The notes below the pieces were generated by a model. It worked only from the letters and a program-made list of their open reading frames with translations. It ran no database searches and was not told the DNA's origin. 64,000 nucleotides of DNA from Candidatus Poribacteria bacterium. GTDB lineage: Bacteria; Poribacteria; WGA-4E; WGA-3G. Shown piece by piece: positions 19,399-30,420 of this stretch. The stretch spans positions 896,001 to 960,000 of the forward strand of contig OZ242029.1 in the NCBI GenBank assembly GCA_965205015.1, given 5' to 3'. Position 1 is the first letter of the stretch, and the number at the start of each line of letters is the position of its first letter. Made by a program: the position numbers and the translations under genes.

Positions 19399-20152
19399 AC
19401 ACCAACACGCCGCTGAAGCGATTGTCGAGCTCTTTACCACAATCCCAGAAATTGAAACCGTCTGTTTAATTTGCTCATGTGCTCGCGGCAAGGCAACCCG
19501 AGACAGTTGTCTGGATATCCTCGTCCTCGGTAGACCTGAAGCCATGTCCACAGCACAAGCAGACCTTCAGAAAGTTTGGGACGAATTCTATACAACTGAC
19601 TCCATCTTTCAAAAGCTCGCTGCTGTCGGGAAATATGCACACGTTGATCTCGAATTCAGCGACGGACACTTCGTGCCGACGGAACACGCTTGGGTCGGTG
19701 GACCGGATGAGTTTGAACTCGTAATTGGCAACTACCTCGTCTATAACGTCCCGCTCCACCAGAAAGGCAATTACCTCAACGAACTCAAGGCAAAGTGGTT
19801 GCCCTACTACGATGAACCCCTACGCCACGATCGGTTATCAATGGTGCGGAAGTATTGTCTCAACAACCTCGACCATATTCCACCCTACGTTGAGCGCGGA
19901 CTCCACTTCCAGTGTTTCAACCGCTTTTACGATGCGTTCCGTGAGTTCCTACAAGCCCTCTTCATTGCTCGACGCACCTACCCCATCGCCTACGACAAGT
20001 GGATCCAAGAACAGATTGTAGATATCTTGGGATTACCAGAACTCTATGAGAAGCTGCCCCGCCTGTTTGAATTCCATAACTTTGAGAGCCGTGATATTCT
20101 TGACAAGACAAATATTTTGCGGGAGCTGCTTGACGAATATGCTCCTATTTAA
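19376..20152 (+). CDS. nucleotidyltransferase-fold protein with atypical motif
   Basis: CSCARG.....SCLDILV resembles GSxARG...SDxD; helical C-terminal domain. Confidence 0.6.
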   Translation: MNPYPTPEHQHAAEAIVELFTTIPEIETVCLICSCARGKATRDSCLDILVLGRPEAMSTAQADLQKVWDEFYTTDSIFQKLAAVGKYAHVDLEFSDGHFVPTEHAWVGGPDEFELVIGNYLVYNVPLHQKGNYLNELKAKWLPYYDEPLRHDRLSMVRKYCLNNLDHIPPYVERGLHFQCFNRFYDAFREFLQALFIARRTYPIAYDKWIQEQIVDILGLPELYEKLPRLFEFHNFESRDILDKTNILRELLDEYAPI

Positions 20153-20321
20153 CGTGAACTTGATAATAGTACAAGTATAGTTGCAGGCTCCGTGTAGTAG
20201 ACGTATTTGTAAGCACTCCGTTATTCGACACCCTTTTATCCCTGAATCCTGTAAATCCCGATTCTGACAATAGACAAAAACTCTACACACTCCCGCTGAT
20301 CCCTCCAACCTCCAAATGCAT

Positions 20322-20350
20322 TTGACAACCTTCCTACGATATGCTATACT
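20322..20350 (+). promoter_or_regulatory. sigma70 promoter
   Basis: TTGACA-17 bp-TATACT with extended -10 TG. Confidence 0.7.
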
Positions 20351-20414
20351 AATCCCGAAAATCCAGAGACCGAAAAAACATAACGCAACGACAAAGAAAT
20401 AGGAACTGATAAAA

Positions 20415-20864
20415 ATGGAACACACAACCCGAATTGAACTCGAAAATCTAAAAGATCTGTATGCCGTAGAATTAGGTGCTATCAACTCCGAAAATGTACG
20501 CAGAATCACCATCGAAAACGCCCTCGTCGATACCGGCGCAACAGGACTTTGTTTACCTACATCACTGATTCACCAACTCGAGCTCACGCCGATCCGAAAC
20601 ATTCGCGCACAGACCGCAAACGGTACCATAGAACGGACTGTTTATTCACAGGTAAAATATACGGTATTGGAACGAAGTGACTTCATCACAGTAACAGACC
20701 TTCCTGAAGATGCACCTGTTCTCGTCGGACACATGATCTTGGAAGCACTTGACCTCTGTGTTGACATAGAAAACGGATTGATTTACAATCCCGCTCATGA
20801 CGGTGAATGGATGATAAAAATCCTTCTGAATATCCCCACCTATATCAATGGAGACAGCGGTTGA
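20415..20864 (+). CDS. clan AA (retropepsin-like) aspartyl protease
   Basis: ALVDTGAT, TANG, VLVGHMILEALD. Confidence 0.88.
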   Translation: MEHTTRIELENLKDLYAVELGAINSENVRRITIENALVDTGATGLCLPTSLIHQLELTPIRNIRAQTANGTIERTVYSQVKYTVLERSDFITVTDLPEDAPVLVGHMILEALDLCVDIENGLIYNPAHDGEWMIKILLNIPTYINGDSG

Positions 20865-22273
20865 GCGTAAATACACATAAAAACCTTCTACGGCACCTGC
20901 CCGCCATCGAAAAACTCCTGAACACACAGGAAATGCTCGACTTGCAAGCCACCTACGCGCGTTCCCTCGTGACAGAGACACTGCGCGCCGTCGTTGCTGA
21001 TGTTCGAAACGACATTCTGAGCGGAAACCAGACACAATTACCAGCACACACGGAATATGCCCAACGAACGCGCCAGAAAATTGAGACAAAGATTGGGGCA
21101 CGCATGCGTCCCGTCGTCAACGCAACAGGCACGGTCACGCACACCAACTTAGGCAGATCGCTGCTCAGCACGACTGCCTGTGACGCTATCCAGCAAGCCG
21201 CACAAAACTACGTCAACCTCGAATACGACATCGCGACTGGCAACCGAGGACATCGAGATAGAATTACCGAACCTCTTTTACAGCAGTTGACCGGCTGCGA
21301 GGCATCTACAATCGTTAACAACAACGCCGCAGCGGTTCTACTCGCACTCCAGACGATGGCACGCGGTAAAGAAGTCATCGTCTCACGAGGCGAACTGATC
21401 GAAATCGGTGGCGCGTTCCGAATCCCCGACGTGATGGCAGCAAGCGGCGCGATCCTCCGCGAAGTCGGCACCACCAACCGAACCCATCTCCGCGATTACA
21501 CCGAGGCTATTAATGAGAACACAGGATTACTGCTCAAGGTGCATCCGAGCAACTACAAAATTCTCGGTTTCACGTCAACACCCACGATGGAAGAACTGAC
21601 GGAACTCGGTGCACAGCACGGGATCCCAACGATGGAAGACCTTGGGAGCGGTGCACTCATTGACATGACAACTTATGGACTCCCGCACGAACCGCTCGTT
21701 GGAGAACGAATCGCCAGCGGTGTTGACATTGTGACCTTTAGCGGGGATAAACTGCTCGGTGGACCCCAAGCCGGAATTATCGTCGGTAAAGCGGAATGGA
21801 TTGAACAGATGCGTAAAAATCCGATGATGCGGGCACTCCGGGTCGATAAACTCATCATCGCCGGTCTGTCAGCGACATTGCAACTCTATCTCACAGAGGA
21901 TACCACCCTAATTGAACGGTTTCCGATGCTCAATCGCTATACCCGACCAATAGAGACACTCCACACCCTCGCAACCGAACTCAAGGCACAGTTAGAACCC
22001 CTCTTCGGAAAAAAAGTGGATATTCAGGTCTCAGAAACCTACGGACAAATCGGAAGTGGTGCCCTCCCTGTCGAGACATTGCCGAGTATCGCCCTTGTCC
22101 TTGAACCGTCGGAAGTTTCCGCTGAGATGCTCGCCGCCCAATTTCGAAACGCTCCTATCCCGGTCATTGGTAGAATCAAAGAAGGTCTTTTTTGGTTGGA
22201 TCTACGGACAGTTTATGAAAGAGAACAGGCGTGGATAGTCGAAACCGCTACACAGGTTGCAGAAACCTTATGA
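20861..22273 (+). CDS. selA: L-seryl-tRNA(Sec) selenium transferase
   Basis: VNATGTVTHTNLGR, NNNAAA, SRGELIEIGG.FRIP, EVGTTNRTH, FSGDKLLGGPQ; TTG start with GGAG RBS. Confidence 0.96.
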   Translation: MSVNTHKNLLRHLPAIEKLLNTQEMLDLQATYARSLVTETLRAVVADVRNDILSGNQTQLPAHTEYAQRTRQKIETKIGARMRPVVNATGTVTHTNLGRSLLSTTACDAIQQAAQNYVNLEYDIATGNRGHRDRITEPLLQQLTGCEASTIVNNNAAAVLLALQTMARGKEVIVSRGELIEIGGAFRIPDVMAASGAILREVGTTNRTHLRDYTEAINENTGLLLKVHPSNYKILGFTSTPTMEELTELGAQHGIPTMEDLGSGALIDMTTYGLPHEPLVGERIASGVDIVTFSGDKLLGGPQAGIIVGKAEWIEQMRKNPMMRALRVDKLIIAGLSATLQLYLTEDTTLIERFPMLNRYTRPIETLHTLATELKAQLEPLFGKKVDIQVSETYGQIGSGALPVETLPSIALVLEPSEVSAEMLAAQFRNAPIPVIGRIKEGLFWLDLRTVYEREQAWIVETATQVAETL

Positions 22274-23079
22274 GCATTGCAGGAATCCTGCTTATCAGCA
22301 TTGTCAGTGTTGGTTTGTCCGCCTGCACGCAAAGCGAGAAGGGGTCCCCCATTGAATCAACCACAGAAATTGTCTCTGAAGTTGACGGTGCGACAATGGT
22401 CCTGATTCCGGCAGGCACGTTTCAGATGGGATCCACTACTGGTGATAGCGACGAACAACCCGTGCATACCGTCACTCTCGATGCCTTTTACATGGACATG
22501 CACGAGGTAACAAATGCCCGCTACCAGAAATTCGTCCAAAGCACAGGCTATCCTCAACCGCCGCTGTCGCATAACCCAAGATTCAATGCTCCCGATGCCC
22601 CTGTTGTTCGGATAAACTGGCGCGATGCGGCTGCGTACGCAGCGTGGGCAAATAAACGACTGCCGACCGAGGCAGAATGGGAATATGCCGCACGCGGGGG
22701 TCTGATTGGCAAACAATATCCGAATGGTGATATAATAACTTATGCAGATGCCAACCTCGGCAACATAGGGGGGGCAGATAAATGGAAGTGGACAGCACCC
22801 GTTGGCAGCTTCCCACCCAACGGCTATAATCTCTACGATATGGCAGGCAACGTGTGGGAATGGTGTTTTGATGAATACAACAGCGAATTCTATGGCATCA
22901 GCCCGGAAAATAACCCACGCTTCGGCAGAGAAATTGCGCCAGATACCGAAAACTTTCGTATCCTACGCGGCGGTGGTTGGGGCGGGAGCCCTGAAGACCT
23001 TCGCGTTGCAGATCGATGGTATCATCTCTCGTCTGGCAGCACGATCGGATTCCGATGCGTGAGAGATGTCACACCGTAG
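22270..23079 (+). CDS. FGE-sulfatase (SUMF1-like, C-type lectin fold) lipoprotein
   Basis: EVTNARY, RLPTEAEWEYAARGG, DMAGNVWEW, RGGGW, GFRC; no catalytic CxxxxC. Confidence 0.9.
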   Translation: MSIAGILLISIVSVGLSACTQSEKGSPIESTTEIVSEVDGATMVLIPAGTFQMGSTTGDSDEQPVHTVTLDAFYMDMHEVTNARYQKFVQSTGYPQPPLSHNPRFNAPDAPVVRINWRDAAAYAAWANKRLPTEAEWEYAARGGLIGKQYPNGDIITYADANLGNIGGADKWKWTAPVGSFPPNGYNLYDMAGNVWEWCFDEYNSEFYGISPENNPRFGREIAPDTENFRILRGGGWGGSPEDLRVADRWYHLSSGSTIGFRCVRDVTP

Positions 23080-23116
23080 GAAAATTGCTCTTGCCGTAAA
23101 AAATAGGAGGTAACTC

Positions 23117-23653
23117 ATGCAACGGCTTTTGCGCAAAGATTTTGTTATTTTCTTTTTACTCTTTCTGGTAATAGCTATATTTTGCGGCTTACTCAGTGAA
23201 CTCATGGGGGCTTCTTGGATCCGGACTGTTATCGGACTTATTCTTATGTATTTCCCTGTCTTATTGACATGGAGAATGGCACAGAAGCGGAAGCATAAAC
23301 GAGAAGCGGAACGGAAATCGTTAAAATCGCATAACCCCAGTACTCACACAACACAACCGGACACCGTGGGAAAAGTCCTCGTTGCCCAACAGAGAAGCGA
23401 CTTCTTTTTTAACCTGAGAATGTGGGGAATTGCCATTTTGTTCGGCGGTTTAGCGGGGTTAACTATCAGCGGTTTCTGGTCCGGAGTCCTGAATAGATGT
23501 TCTGCTTGTGGGCAATTTGATGCCGAAAAAGCCCACCGGAGGTCCGGGCCAAACCTGACTGTTTACTATAATTGTCCCGGCACAAAGGCACAGCGATTTC
23601 CGGTCCCCAAGCCACAGCAAGACACGCTTATCCGCCCGCTTGACGATAGATAG
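23117..23653 (+). CDS. hypothetical membrane protein
   Basis: AGGAGG RBS; three hydrophobic segments; CxxC near the C-terminus. Confidence 0.6.
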   Translation: MQRLLRKDFVIFFLLFLVIAIFCGLLSELMGASWIRTVIGLILMYFPVLLTWRMAQKRKHKREAERKSLKSHNPSTHTTQPDTVGKVLVAQQRSDFFFNLRMWGIAILFGGLAGLTISGFWSGVLNRCSACGQFDAEKAHRRSGPNLTVYYNCPGTKAQRFPVPKPQQDTLIRPLDDR

Positions 23654-23692
23654 CACACCGCGGGAAAACCATGTGAGGACAAAAAAGAAAAA

Positions 23693-24778
23693 ATGGCAGT
23701 TGCAGTTCACTTAAACCGTGTCACAAAAGCATTCGATACGACGCTTGCCGTCAACGACGTGAGCTTGGAGATTGAGAAGGGTGAATTCTTTTTCCTTCTC
23801 GGTCCCTCTGGATGCGGCAAATCGACCTTTCTTCGAATCGTCGCCGGATTCTACAAACCCGACACCGGTGAACTCCGATTCGACGATACCGTCATGAACG
23901 ATGTGCCGCCGCACCAACGCAATACAGGGATGGTATTCCAGAACTATGCCCTATGGCCCCACATGTCCGTCGCCGAAAACATCGAATACGGGTTAACGCT
24001 TCGGAAACTGGAAAAAGCGGAACGAAATGAAAAAATCGCGCGCGCCCTCGAAATGGTACAGATGGAAGACTTTCGTGACCGTGCCGTCAATACCCTCTCC
24101 GGTGGACAACAGCAGCGCATCGCCCTCGCCCGCGCCCTCGTTATCGAACCGAGTGTCCTACTCCTCGACGAACCGATCAGTAACCTCGATGCCGCACTCC
24201 GACAGCAAATGCGCGACGAAATAAAGCAGATCCACGACCGCACTAATATTACAATGTTCTATGTCACACACGATCAGGTGGATGCCCTCTCTATGGCGGA
24301 TCGGATGGCAATTATGAAGGACGGGGTCGTCATTCAAGTCGGTACGCCGCGCGAAGTATATCAGTTTCCAAAGAACGCTTTTGTCGCAAGTTTCGTCGGG
24401 GAAACCAATTTCATCTCAGGCAAGGTCGAGCAAGCATCAAACGGTAGGGCTATTATAGAAACACCCGCCGGAACGCTCCACTCTACAACCGTCTATCACG
24501 AACTCACACAAGGGACACCTGTGCAGTGTTCAATTCGACCAGAAGCACTCATTATTGACAACGACCAGAATGGCGGAACCTCCATTGAAAATAGAATAAC
24601 AGCGCAAGTTACTGCCGTCAACTATCTGGGCAGAATAGAGGAATATCAACTGATGGTTTCCGCAGACATTCCCCTTAAAGCCGTCCACTACAATCCCGGC
24701 ACAGAAACAAAAAAGCCCGGAGACACTGTCCAACTTGCAATATCAGCAGACGCAGTTATCCCACTTCCAGATTTTTAA
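23693..24778 (+). CDS. ABC transporter ATP-binding protein (PotA/FbpC-like, TOBE domain)
   Basis: GPSGCGKS, LSGGQQQR, LLLDEP, VTHDQ. Confidence 0.93.
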   Translation: MAVAVHLNRVTKAFDTTLAVNDVSLEIEKGEFFFLLGPSGCGKSTFLRIVAGFYKPDTGELRFDDTVMNDVPPHQRNTGMVFQNYALWPHMSVAENIEYGLTLRKLEKAERNEKIARALEMVQMEDFRDRAVNTLSGGQQQRIALARALVIEPSVLLLDEPISNLDAALRQQMRDEIKQIHDRTNITMFYVTHDQVDALSMADRMAIMKDGVVIQVGTPREVYQFPKNAFVASFVGETNFISGKVEQASNGRAIIETPAGTLHSTTVYHELTQGTPVQCSIRPEALIIDNDQNGGTSIENRITAQVTAVNYLGRIEEYQLMVSADIPLKAVHYNPGTETKKPGDTVQLAISADAVIPLPDF

Positions 24779-24835
24779 TGATACCCGGGCCGAGAAATAA
24801 AGTGGGTTAAAACTATCAAGTACATCTTTTAAATC

Positions 24836-24936
24836 CGCCCTGCACTACGTTACGGGTTCAAGCCTTAGAATTTTAAATGCCGTATCAGGTTGCTTTCTAT
24901 CAAGCAAAACCATAGCCCGTAATGTAATGGAGGGCG
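24836..24936. repeat. REP-like inverted pair
   Basis: CGCCCTGCACTACGTTACGGG ... CCCGTAATGTAATGGAGGGCG; related single arms near 58471 and 60462. Confidence 0.65.
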
Positions 24937-24999
24937 ACTCGATCGCGAAAACTTTCAATGTCCAAACCCCGTGATATACCCGCAAGGTAAAATTAAAAT

Positions 25000-27900
25000 A
25001 TGCGATTAACATCAAGTCAACGACAAGCCCTTAACATAGAAAAACACATCTGCGTAACCGCCGGCGCCGGATCCGGAAAAACCACCGTATTGGTCGAGCG
25101 GTATCTCAAAATTTTGCGTGAAGGTAACGCCACCCCCCAAGAGATTGTCGCCATCACTTTCACTGACAAAGCCGCCGCCGAGATGAAGGAGCGAATTGTT
25201 GAAGAACTGTCACTTCAAGAAGAATATGACGGTTCAGAACAGGACAATGCGCTACAAGGTTTTCGCGAAAAAATGAGCACGGCACACATCTCAACGATCC
25301 ATGCATTCTGCTCACGCATCCTACGAGAATTTCCATTCCAAGCGGGTGTCCCAGCCAACTTCAGTATCCTACAAGGCATTGATCAGAAACTCTTACTACA
25401 GGAAACCGTGAAGAAGACCCTCAAGGACATCGCTACAAACGAAGAAGATAAACACCGCGACGCGTTTACACGTTTGCTACAACGCTACGGGGGCCAGCAG
25501 AAACTGGTCGATCTCCTCTCCACGATGATAAATCAACGGGATGCCCTCGAACACCTAATGCAGGAAATTTATAGGCATCCAAACGATACAGAGATACGTG
25601 AAGCCTTACAAAAACGGATTCGCGAAAGACAACAGGAGATTCAGGAAAGATTGATGTCAACCATTGACCTCCCTGAATTCATCAGATGTTTAAACGCCGT
25701 TTTGCAGGTCGCGAGAGGTAAGAAAGCAGACGGAACTAAGAAACTAATATCCCAATTAGAAGGACAATATGAGGTGACCCTCAACTCTCCCGAAGTGCCG
25801 AACTTACTTAAGGAAATTGCGCAATTAATTACAACTGGAAAAAATGAGATTGCGACACAAAGCTTTCTGCCGAAAAGCATCGATAGAACAGGAATTACGG
25901 ATGAGATTGATTTTCTGGTAGCAACCTCGAAAAAGATCAAAAACATTCCAAGCCTTGAAAAAGAAAAAGATGATGAGAAAACAGACGACGTTGAAACCGA
26001 TGATGATTTCCTGCTTAGCACTATCCACGACCTACTCAAACTATACACCCGCATCTCAAAGGCGTACAGAACCGCCAAACTCTCTCAAGGTAAACTCGAT
26101 TTTACGGACCTGCAGCTGAAAACTCGCGATCTCGTTCGCAACAACGCAGAAATCCGACAGAAACTGGTGTCCCGGCACAAATACTACATGGTAGATGAAT
26201 ACCAGGATACAAACGAACTCCAGTACGAATTGGTGATGCTGCTTACCAACGAACTCACAGCAGCGAATCTCTTTATCGTCGGTGATCCAAAACAGAGTAT
26301 TTACGCATTCCGGGGCGCAGATGTCCGCGTATTTACAAAGACAAAGGAAAAAATCGTCGATAATGGAGGAGATGATATCCGTCTCACAGAGAACTTCCGA
26401 TCCTTACGTCATACCGTCGGGTTCGTCAATTACTTTTTCAATCACTTGATGGGAGATGGAAAAGAGTCCGAATTTGAAGTGGAGTATGAAGCCCTGACGC
26501 AAGCGCGACCCGTCAAATCAAACGGGACAGTTGAGATTCTACTTGGAAAACAGGATGATGACTTAGCAGATGAATACTCGCTGATCGCACATCACATCAA
26601 AAGCATGAAAGCAAACGCAGAAACCATCCACAAGCGCGGCGAGAATGGGCAGGAAGCGGAACACCCGATTGCGTATGATGACATCGCGATCCTCATTCAA
26701 ACCCGAACACATCTCCCCAATATTGAGAACGCACTCCTTGAAGCCGACATCCCTTATCTCACCACTGGCGGTGTCGGTTTTTACCAACGACAGGAAATCT
26801 ACGACATCTGGAACTATCTCAACTTCCTTAACGATCCAACAGAAAACCAAATATCTCTTGCTGCCGTCCTCCGCGGTCCCGCTTTCGGTATCTCCGACAC
26901 CGAACTCTACGAAATTTCACGCGAAAAAGAAAAAAGTTTCTGGGATAAAGTGCAGAACTATCCAGATTCGTCCCATAATCTCCGCACCGCGATCGCTACT
27001 TTAAAAAGGCATGGGCAATTCGCGCGCCGAATGCCTGTAAACCAACTCATCGTAACCATCGTTAATGAAACAGGAATGATCGGAACACTAAAAACCGGGA
27101 AGCAGGGACAACAACGCTGGGTAAACTATCAAAAACTCTTAGAACACGCCAGAAACTTTGATGGCGATGAAACCAAGCAAATTCTGCCAGACTTTATCGA
27201 ATTTCTGGATATTCTCATTGAGGAAGAGCGACGGGAGGGACAGGCACCCATTGAGGCAAGCAGTGGCGCAGTCCAAATTATGACCATTCATGCCTCCAAA
27301 GGGAAACAGTTTCCAGTCGTCATCCTCCCAAGGCTTGACCGGAAGGGACAAACAGACAGAGAGCCTTTCATTGATGAGGCACTCGGTATCGGTTTCAGCC
27401 CCCTTAATCCCGATAAAGACTACAGCAAAACTGAACCAGACATTGTTACACACATGAAAAACCGGACAAACGAGAAAGAAATCGCTGAAAAGAAACGACT
27501 GTTTTATGTCGGTACAACGCGGGCTTGTGATCGGCTCATCTTATCAGGCACACTCCCCGCAATGAACGTGCTGGGGTGGCTCTACACACACCTCAATATT
27601 GATGAAGAGGATCGCTTACTGGAATTGCCTGTCTCATTGGACGTATTCACAGGAAACAGCAGAAATTCTGAATTCTTCCAACTCCAAATTCCGATCCATC
27701 AGGCACTTACAGAGATTGCATCCACAGATGAGATTTCCGATGAAACAACACCTGTTGATTTTCCGGATCTACCACGCAAACTGGAACCAACCGGTACTTT
27801 CGCAGCGTTTTCTATCCCTGAACTCGCGAATTATGCGCGGTGTCCGCTACGCTATCAGTTACAAAACATTCTACAAATTCCAACGAACGGGCAAGAAGCA

Positions 27901-28530
27901 CTGGATTTGGATGAAGACGCGATGGACACTGCGCTCCGCTATACGCTCGCACGAATCAGACAGCAATCAGACGTAGAAAATCTTGACACCACGATTGACC
28001 AAGCTCTACAAACATATCACCCCGCTGGGGTTGAAGACGGAACGACTCAATTAACAAAAACACTTCGTAAGCACGTTAACAATTTCATCAACTCCGAACT
28101 CGGTGAAACGGTATTCTCTGCAGCCACGGTTCAGATGAATCAGCATGTTCACGCAGACATCAACGGACACATCGTTGACGGCAGGTTCGACAGACTCTTT
28201 AAAGATGAAACAGGAAATTGGCAGATAATCAATTATAAAACCGACGCGGCTCAAAATTTAGATACACCCGATCCAGAAATGGAACTTTATAGTCTACTTT
28301 TGCATAAGTTATATCCAACCCAATTGACCGTGACAATTAATACCTTTTTTACGGAGCACGCCCGATGGGAACAGATGCACTTCAGCACGGCACAATTGCA
28401 GGCAGTCCAAGAACAGTGGCAGGAAAAAATCTTAGCCCTGCAGCGCGGGGTTTACGAAAAGAATCTCGAACACTGCTGCGCCTGCCCCTATGCGGATCCA
28501 GATGGACAGTGCATAATCAAGGAGGCTTAA
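25000..28530 (+). CDS. AddA/UvrD-like SF1 helicase with C-terminal PD-(D/E)XK-like domain
   Basis: AGAGSGKT, DEYQD, GDPKQSIYAFRGA, NFRS, TIHASKG, LFYVGTTRA; C-terminal RCP...GRFD...NYKT...CCACPY. Confidence 0.9.
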   Translation: MRLTSSQRQALNIEKHICVTAGAGSGKTTVLVERYLKILREGNATPQEIVAITFTDKAAAEMKERIVEELSLQEEYDGSEQDNALQGFREKMSTAHISTIHAFCSRILREFPFQAGVPANFSILQGIDQKLLLQETVKKTLKDIATNEEDKHRDAFTRLLQRYGGQQKLVDLLSTMINQRDALEHLMQEIYRHPNDTEIREALQKRIRERQQEIQERLMSTIDLPEFIRCLNAVLQVARGKKADGTKKLISQLEGQYEVTLNSPEVPNLLKEIAQLITTGKNEIATQSFLPKSIDRTGITDEIDFLVATSKKIKNIPSLEKEKDDEKTDDVETDDDFLLSTIHDLLKLYTRISKAYRTAKLSQGKLDFTDLQLKTRDLVRNNAEIRQKLVSRHKYYMVDEYQDTNELQYELVMLLTNELTAANLFIVGDPKQSIYAFRGADVRVFTKTKEKIVDNGGDDIRLTENFRSLRHTVGFVNYFFNHLMGDGKESEFEVEYEALTQARPVKSNGTVEILLGKQDDDLADEYSLIAHHIKSMKANAETIHKRGENGQEAEHPIAYDDIAILIQTRTHLPNIENALLEADIPYLTTGGVGFYQRQEIYDIWNYLNFLNDPTENQISLAAVLRGPAFGISDTELYEISREKEKSFWDKVQNYPDSSHNLRTAIATLKRHGQFARRMPVNQLIVTIVNETGMIGTLKTGKQGQQRWVNYQKLLEHARNFDGDETKQILPDFIEFLDILIEEERREGQAPIEASSGAVQIMTIHASKGKQFPVVILPRLDRKGQTDREPFIDEALGIGFSPLNPDKDYSKTEPDIVTHMKNRTNEKEIAEKKRLFYVGTTRACDRLILSGTLPAMNVLGWLYTHLNIDEEDRLLELPVSLDVFTGNSRNSEFFQLQIPIHQALTEIASTDEISDETTPVDFPDLPRKLEPTGTFAAFSIPELANYARCPLRYQLQNILQIPTNGQEALDLDEDAMDTALRYTLARIRQQSDVENLDTTIDQALQTYHPAGVEDGTTQLTKTLRKHVNNFINSELGETVFSAATVQMNQHVHADINGHIVDGRFDRLFKDETGNWQIINYKTDAAQNLDTPDPEMELYSLLLHKLYPTQLTVTINTFFTEHARWEQMHFSTAQLQAVQEQWQEKILALQRGVYEKNLEHCCACPYADPDGQCIIKEA

Positions 28531-28531
28531 A

Positions 28532-29233
28532 ATGAGAAACCTAACACCCATACTCGCAATCACTACAATCATCTGTTTTTCAGTCCATGCCTGGCACCCC
28601 ACCTTTGCCGGGACGTGGCGCGACGACTTTGAAGACAAAGACACCCGTGAATGGGAAATCTTTAATATCGACCGACAGGTTGAAAAGTGGTGGGTCAGTA
28701 ACGGCGAAGCCGTTGGCGAAATCTTTTTGCCCGGTTTCATGAGTCTCTGGATCACCGGTGAACTCACGTGGAAGAACTACTCCCTTTCCTGTCGCGCAAA
28801 GTTAGTGGAAGACAAGAACGAACCCCCAAGTATCGGATTGACGCTCCACGATAGAGGTGAGGAAGATACCCGTTACCTCTTTTTTATAGACTACGTTTTC
28901 GGCACCGCCAGAATCGTCAAAGCACTCCGAGACGACTGGTTTCCCGTCATCTTTGCCTTTGATGCCGAAATCGATACATGGTATGACCTCACTGCGACTG
29001 TTCATGAAGACGGCAGACTTGAATTTCAAATCGATGACGAGATATTCACCGTCATTGACGATGAACCCTTGAAAGGCGGACAAGCCGGGCTCGTTGTCGC
29101 AGACGGGCAAGCCCACTTTGACGACGTCGAAATCACAGGTCCGAATATCAGCAATGGGGGTCCCGGAAAGGCACGTCCTGTCAATCCGAAAGTCAAGCTC
29201 GCAACCACATGGGGACATTTGAAAAGCAATTGA
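28532..29233 (+). CDS. secreted ConA-like (DUF1080-like) protein with conserved C-terminal tail
   Basis: Signal peptide; WRDDFED, WKNYSL, GQAGL...FDDVEITG; ends [18 protein letters not shown]. Confidence 0.7.
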   Translation: MRNLTPILAITTIICFSVHAWHPTFAGTWRDDFEDKDTREWEIFNIDRQVEKWWVSNGEAVGEIFLPGFMSLWITGELTWKNYSLSCRAKLVEDKNEPPSIGLTLHDRGEEDTRYLFFIDYVFGTARIVKALRDDWFPVIFAFDAEIDTWYDLTATVHEDGRLEFQIDDEIFTVIDDEPLKGGQAGLVVADGQAHFDDVEITGPNISNGGPGKARPVNPKVKLATTWGHLKSN

Positions 29234-29250
29234 CGAAGGATAAACGAAAA

Positions 29251-30420
29251 ATGGAGACCAAACCCACGGTTGGCATCGGCATTATCGGCATGGGGTGGAT
29301 GGGCATGACGCACGCCCGCGCATATCGTCAGATCCTGGATCGGTTCCACGACAGTCCGCGCCACCCCAGACTTGTCATCTGTGCAGATGATGTCCTCGAA
29401 CGCACAACCGAGGCGAAAACACGTTTCGGATTTGAACGCACAACTACCGATTTCCGACACGTTATTGAAGACGAAGACGTACAGGTCGTCAACATCGCCG
29501 CACCGAACAATATGCACCTTGAGATCGTCGAGGCAGCGACAGCCGCAGGAAAACACGTCTTCTGTGAGAAACCCGTCGGACGGACCCCAACTGAAACGAA
29601 AGCAATCTATGCCGCCGCACAGCGTGCAGGCGTATCCACCTGTGTCGGCTATAACTACAGATGGGCACCCGTCGTCCAATACGCACATCAGCTGATTTCA
29701 GAGGGAAAACTCGGTACCTTAACCCACTATCGGGGTAGATTTTTCGCGGGTTACGCCAGCCATCCACACGCAGTCCTCTCATGGCGGTTTCAGAAGGAGA
29801 TCGCTGGATTGGGAACGTTGGGCGATCTACTCTCTCACGTCATTGACATGGCACATTTCATCGTCGGCGGCATCGACAAGGTCGTCTCACAACAGGAGAC
29901 GTTTATCCCAGAACGCCCCGTAGCGACAGCAGGAACCGGCACACATTTCACTCTCAGTGCAGAGGGCGAAACAGATGCCGTCACCAATGAAGATTACGTC
30001 GGTGCATTGGTCCGATTTGAGAACGGCGTCAGAGGCACACTGGAAGCGTGCCGGGTTATCACCGGTCCCAAATGCGAAATGGCGTTTGAGGTACACGGCA
30101 CAAAGGGTGCCTTGCGCTGGAACTTCGAGCAGATGAACGAACTTGAGGTGTACCTCCCTGCCGAAGCGGGTTACCCTGACGGATACACCCGCGTATTAAG
30201 CGGTCCGAGCCACCCGTTTCACAGTTATTTTAATCCCGGTCCCGCTGTTGGATTAGGCTATGACGACCTAAAGACAATCGAGGCACATCAGTTTTTGCAA
30301 GCCATCCACACAGGCAAACAGGCAAACCCAAGTTTCCGAGAAGCCGCCGCAGTCGCCGACGTGCAAACTGCAATCCAAACCTCATGGAAGGAGGGTCGAT
30401 GGATTCCCATCCAAAAGTGA
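29251..30420 (+). CDS. Gfo/Idh/MocA family oxidoreductase
   Basis: [33 protein letters not shown]. Confidence 0.93.
   Translation: METKPTVGIGIIGMGWMGMTHARAYRQILDRFHDSPRHPRLVICADDVLERTTEAKTRFGFERTTTDFRHVIEDEDVQVVNIAAPNNMHLEIVEAATAAGKHVFCEKPVGRTPTETKAIYAAAQRAGVSTCVGYNYRWAPVVQYAHQLISEGKLGTLTHYRGRFFAGYASHPHAVLSWRFQKEIAGLGTLGDLLSHVIDMAHFIVGGIDKVVSQQETFIPERPVATAGTGTHFTLSAEGETDAVTNEDYVGALVRFENGVRGTLEACRVITGPKCEMAFEVHGTKGALRWNFEQMNELEVYLPAEAGYPDGYTRVLSGPSHPFHSYFNPGPAVGLGYDDLKTIEAHQFLQAIHTGKQANPSFREAAAVADVQTAIQTSWKEGRWIPIQK

Noticed and set aside
20861-22273. Selenoprotein cluster around selA
   Set aside because: No selB, selD or tRNA-Sec, and no convincing in-frame UGA read-through was noticed in neighbouring genes.
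22270-23079. Possible formylglycine-generating enzyme for the sulfatase, or a DGR target (C-type lectin fold)
   Set aside because: It lacks the catalytic CxxxxC, and no template repeat or reverse transcriptase was seen in the window.
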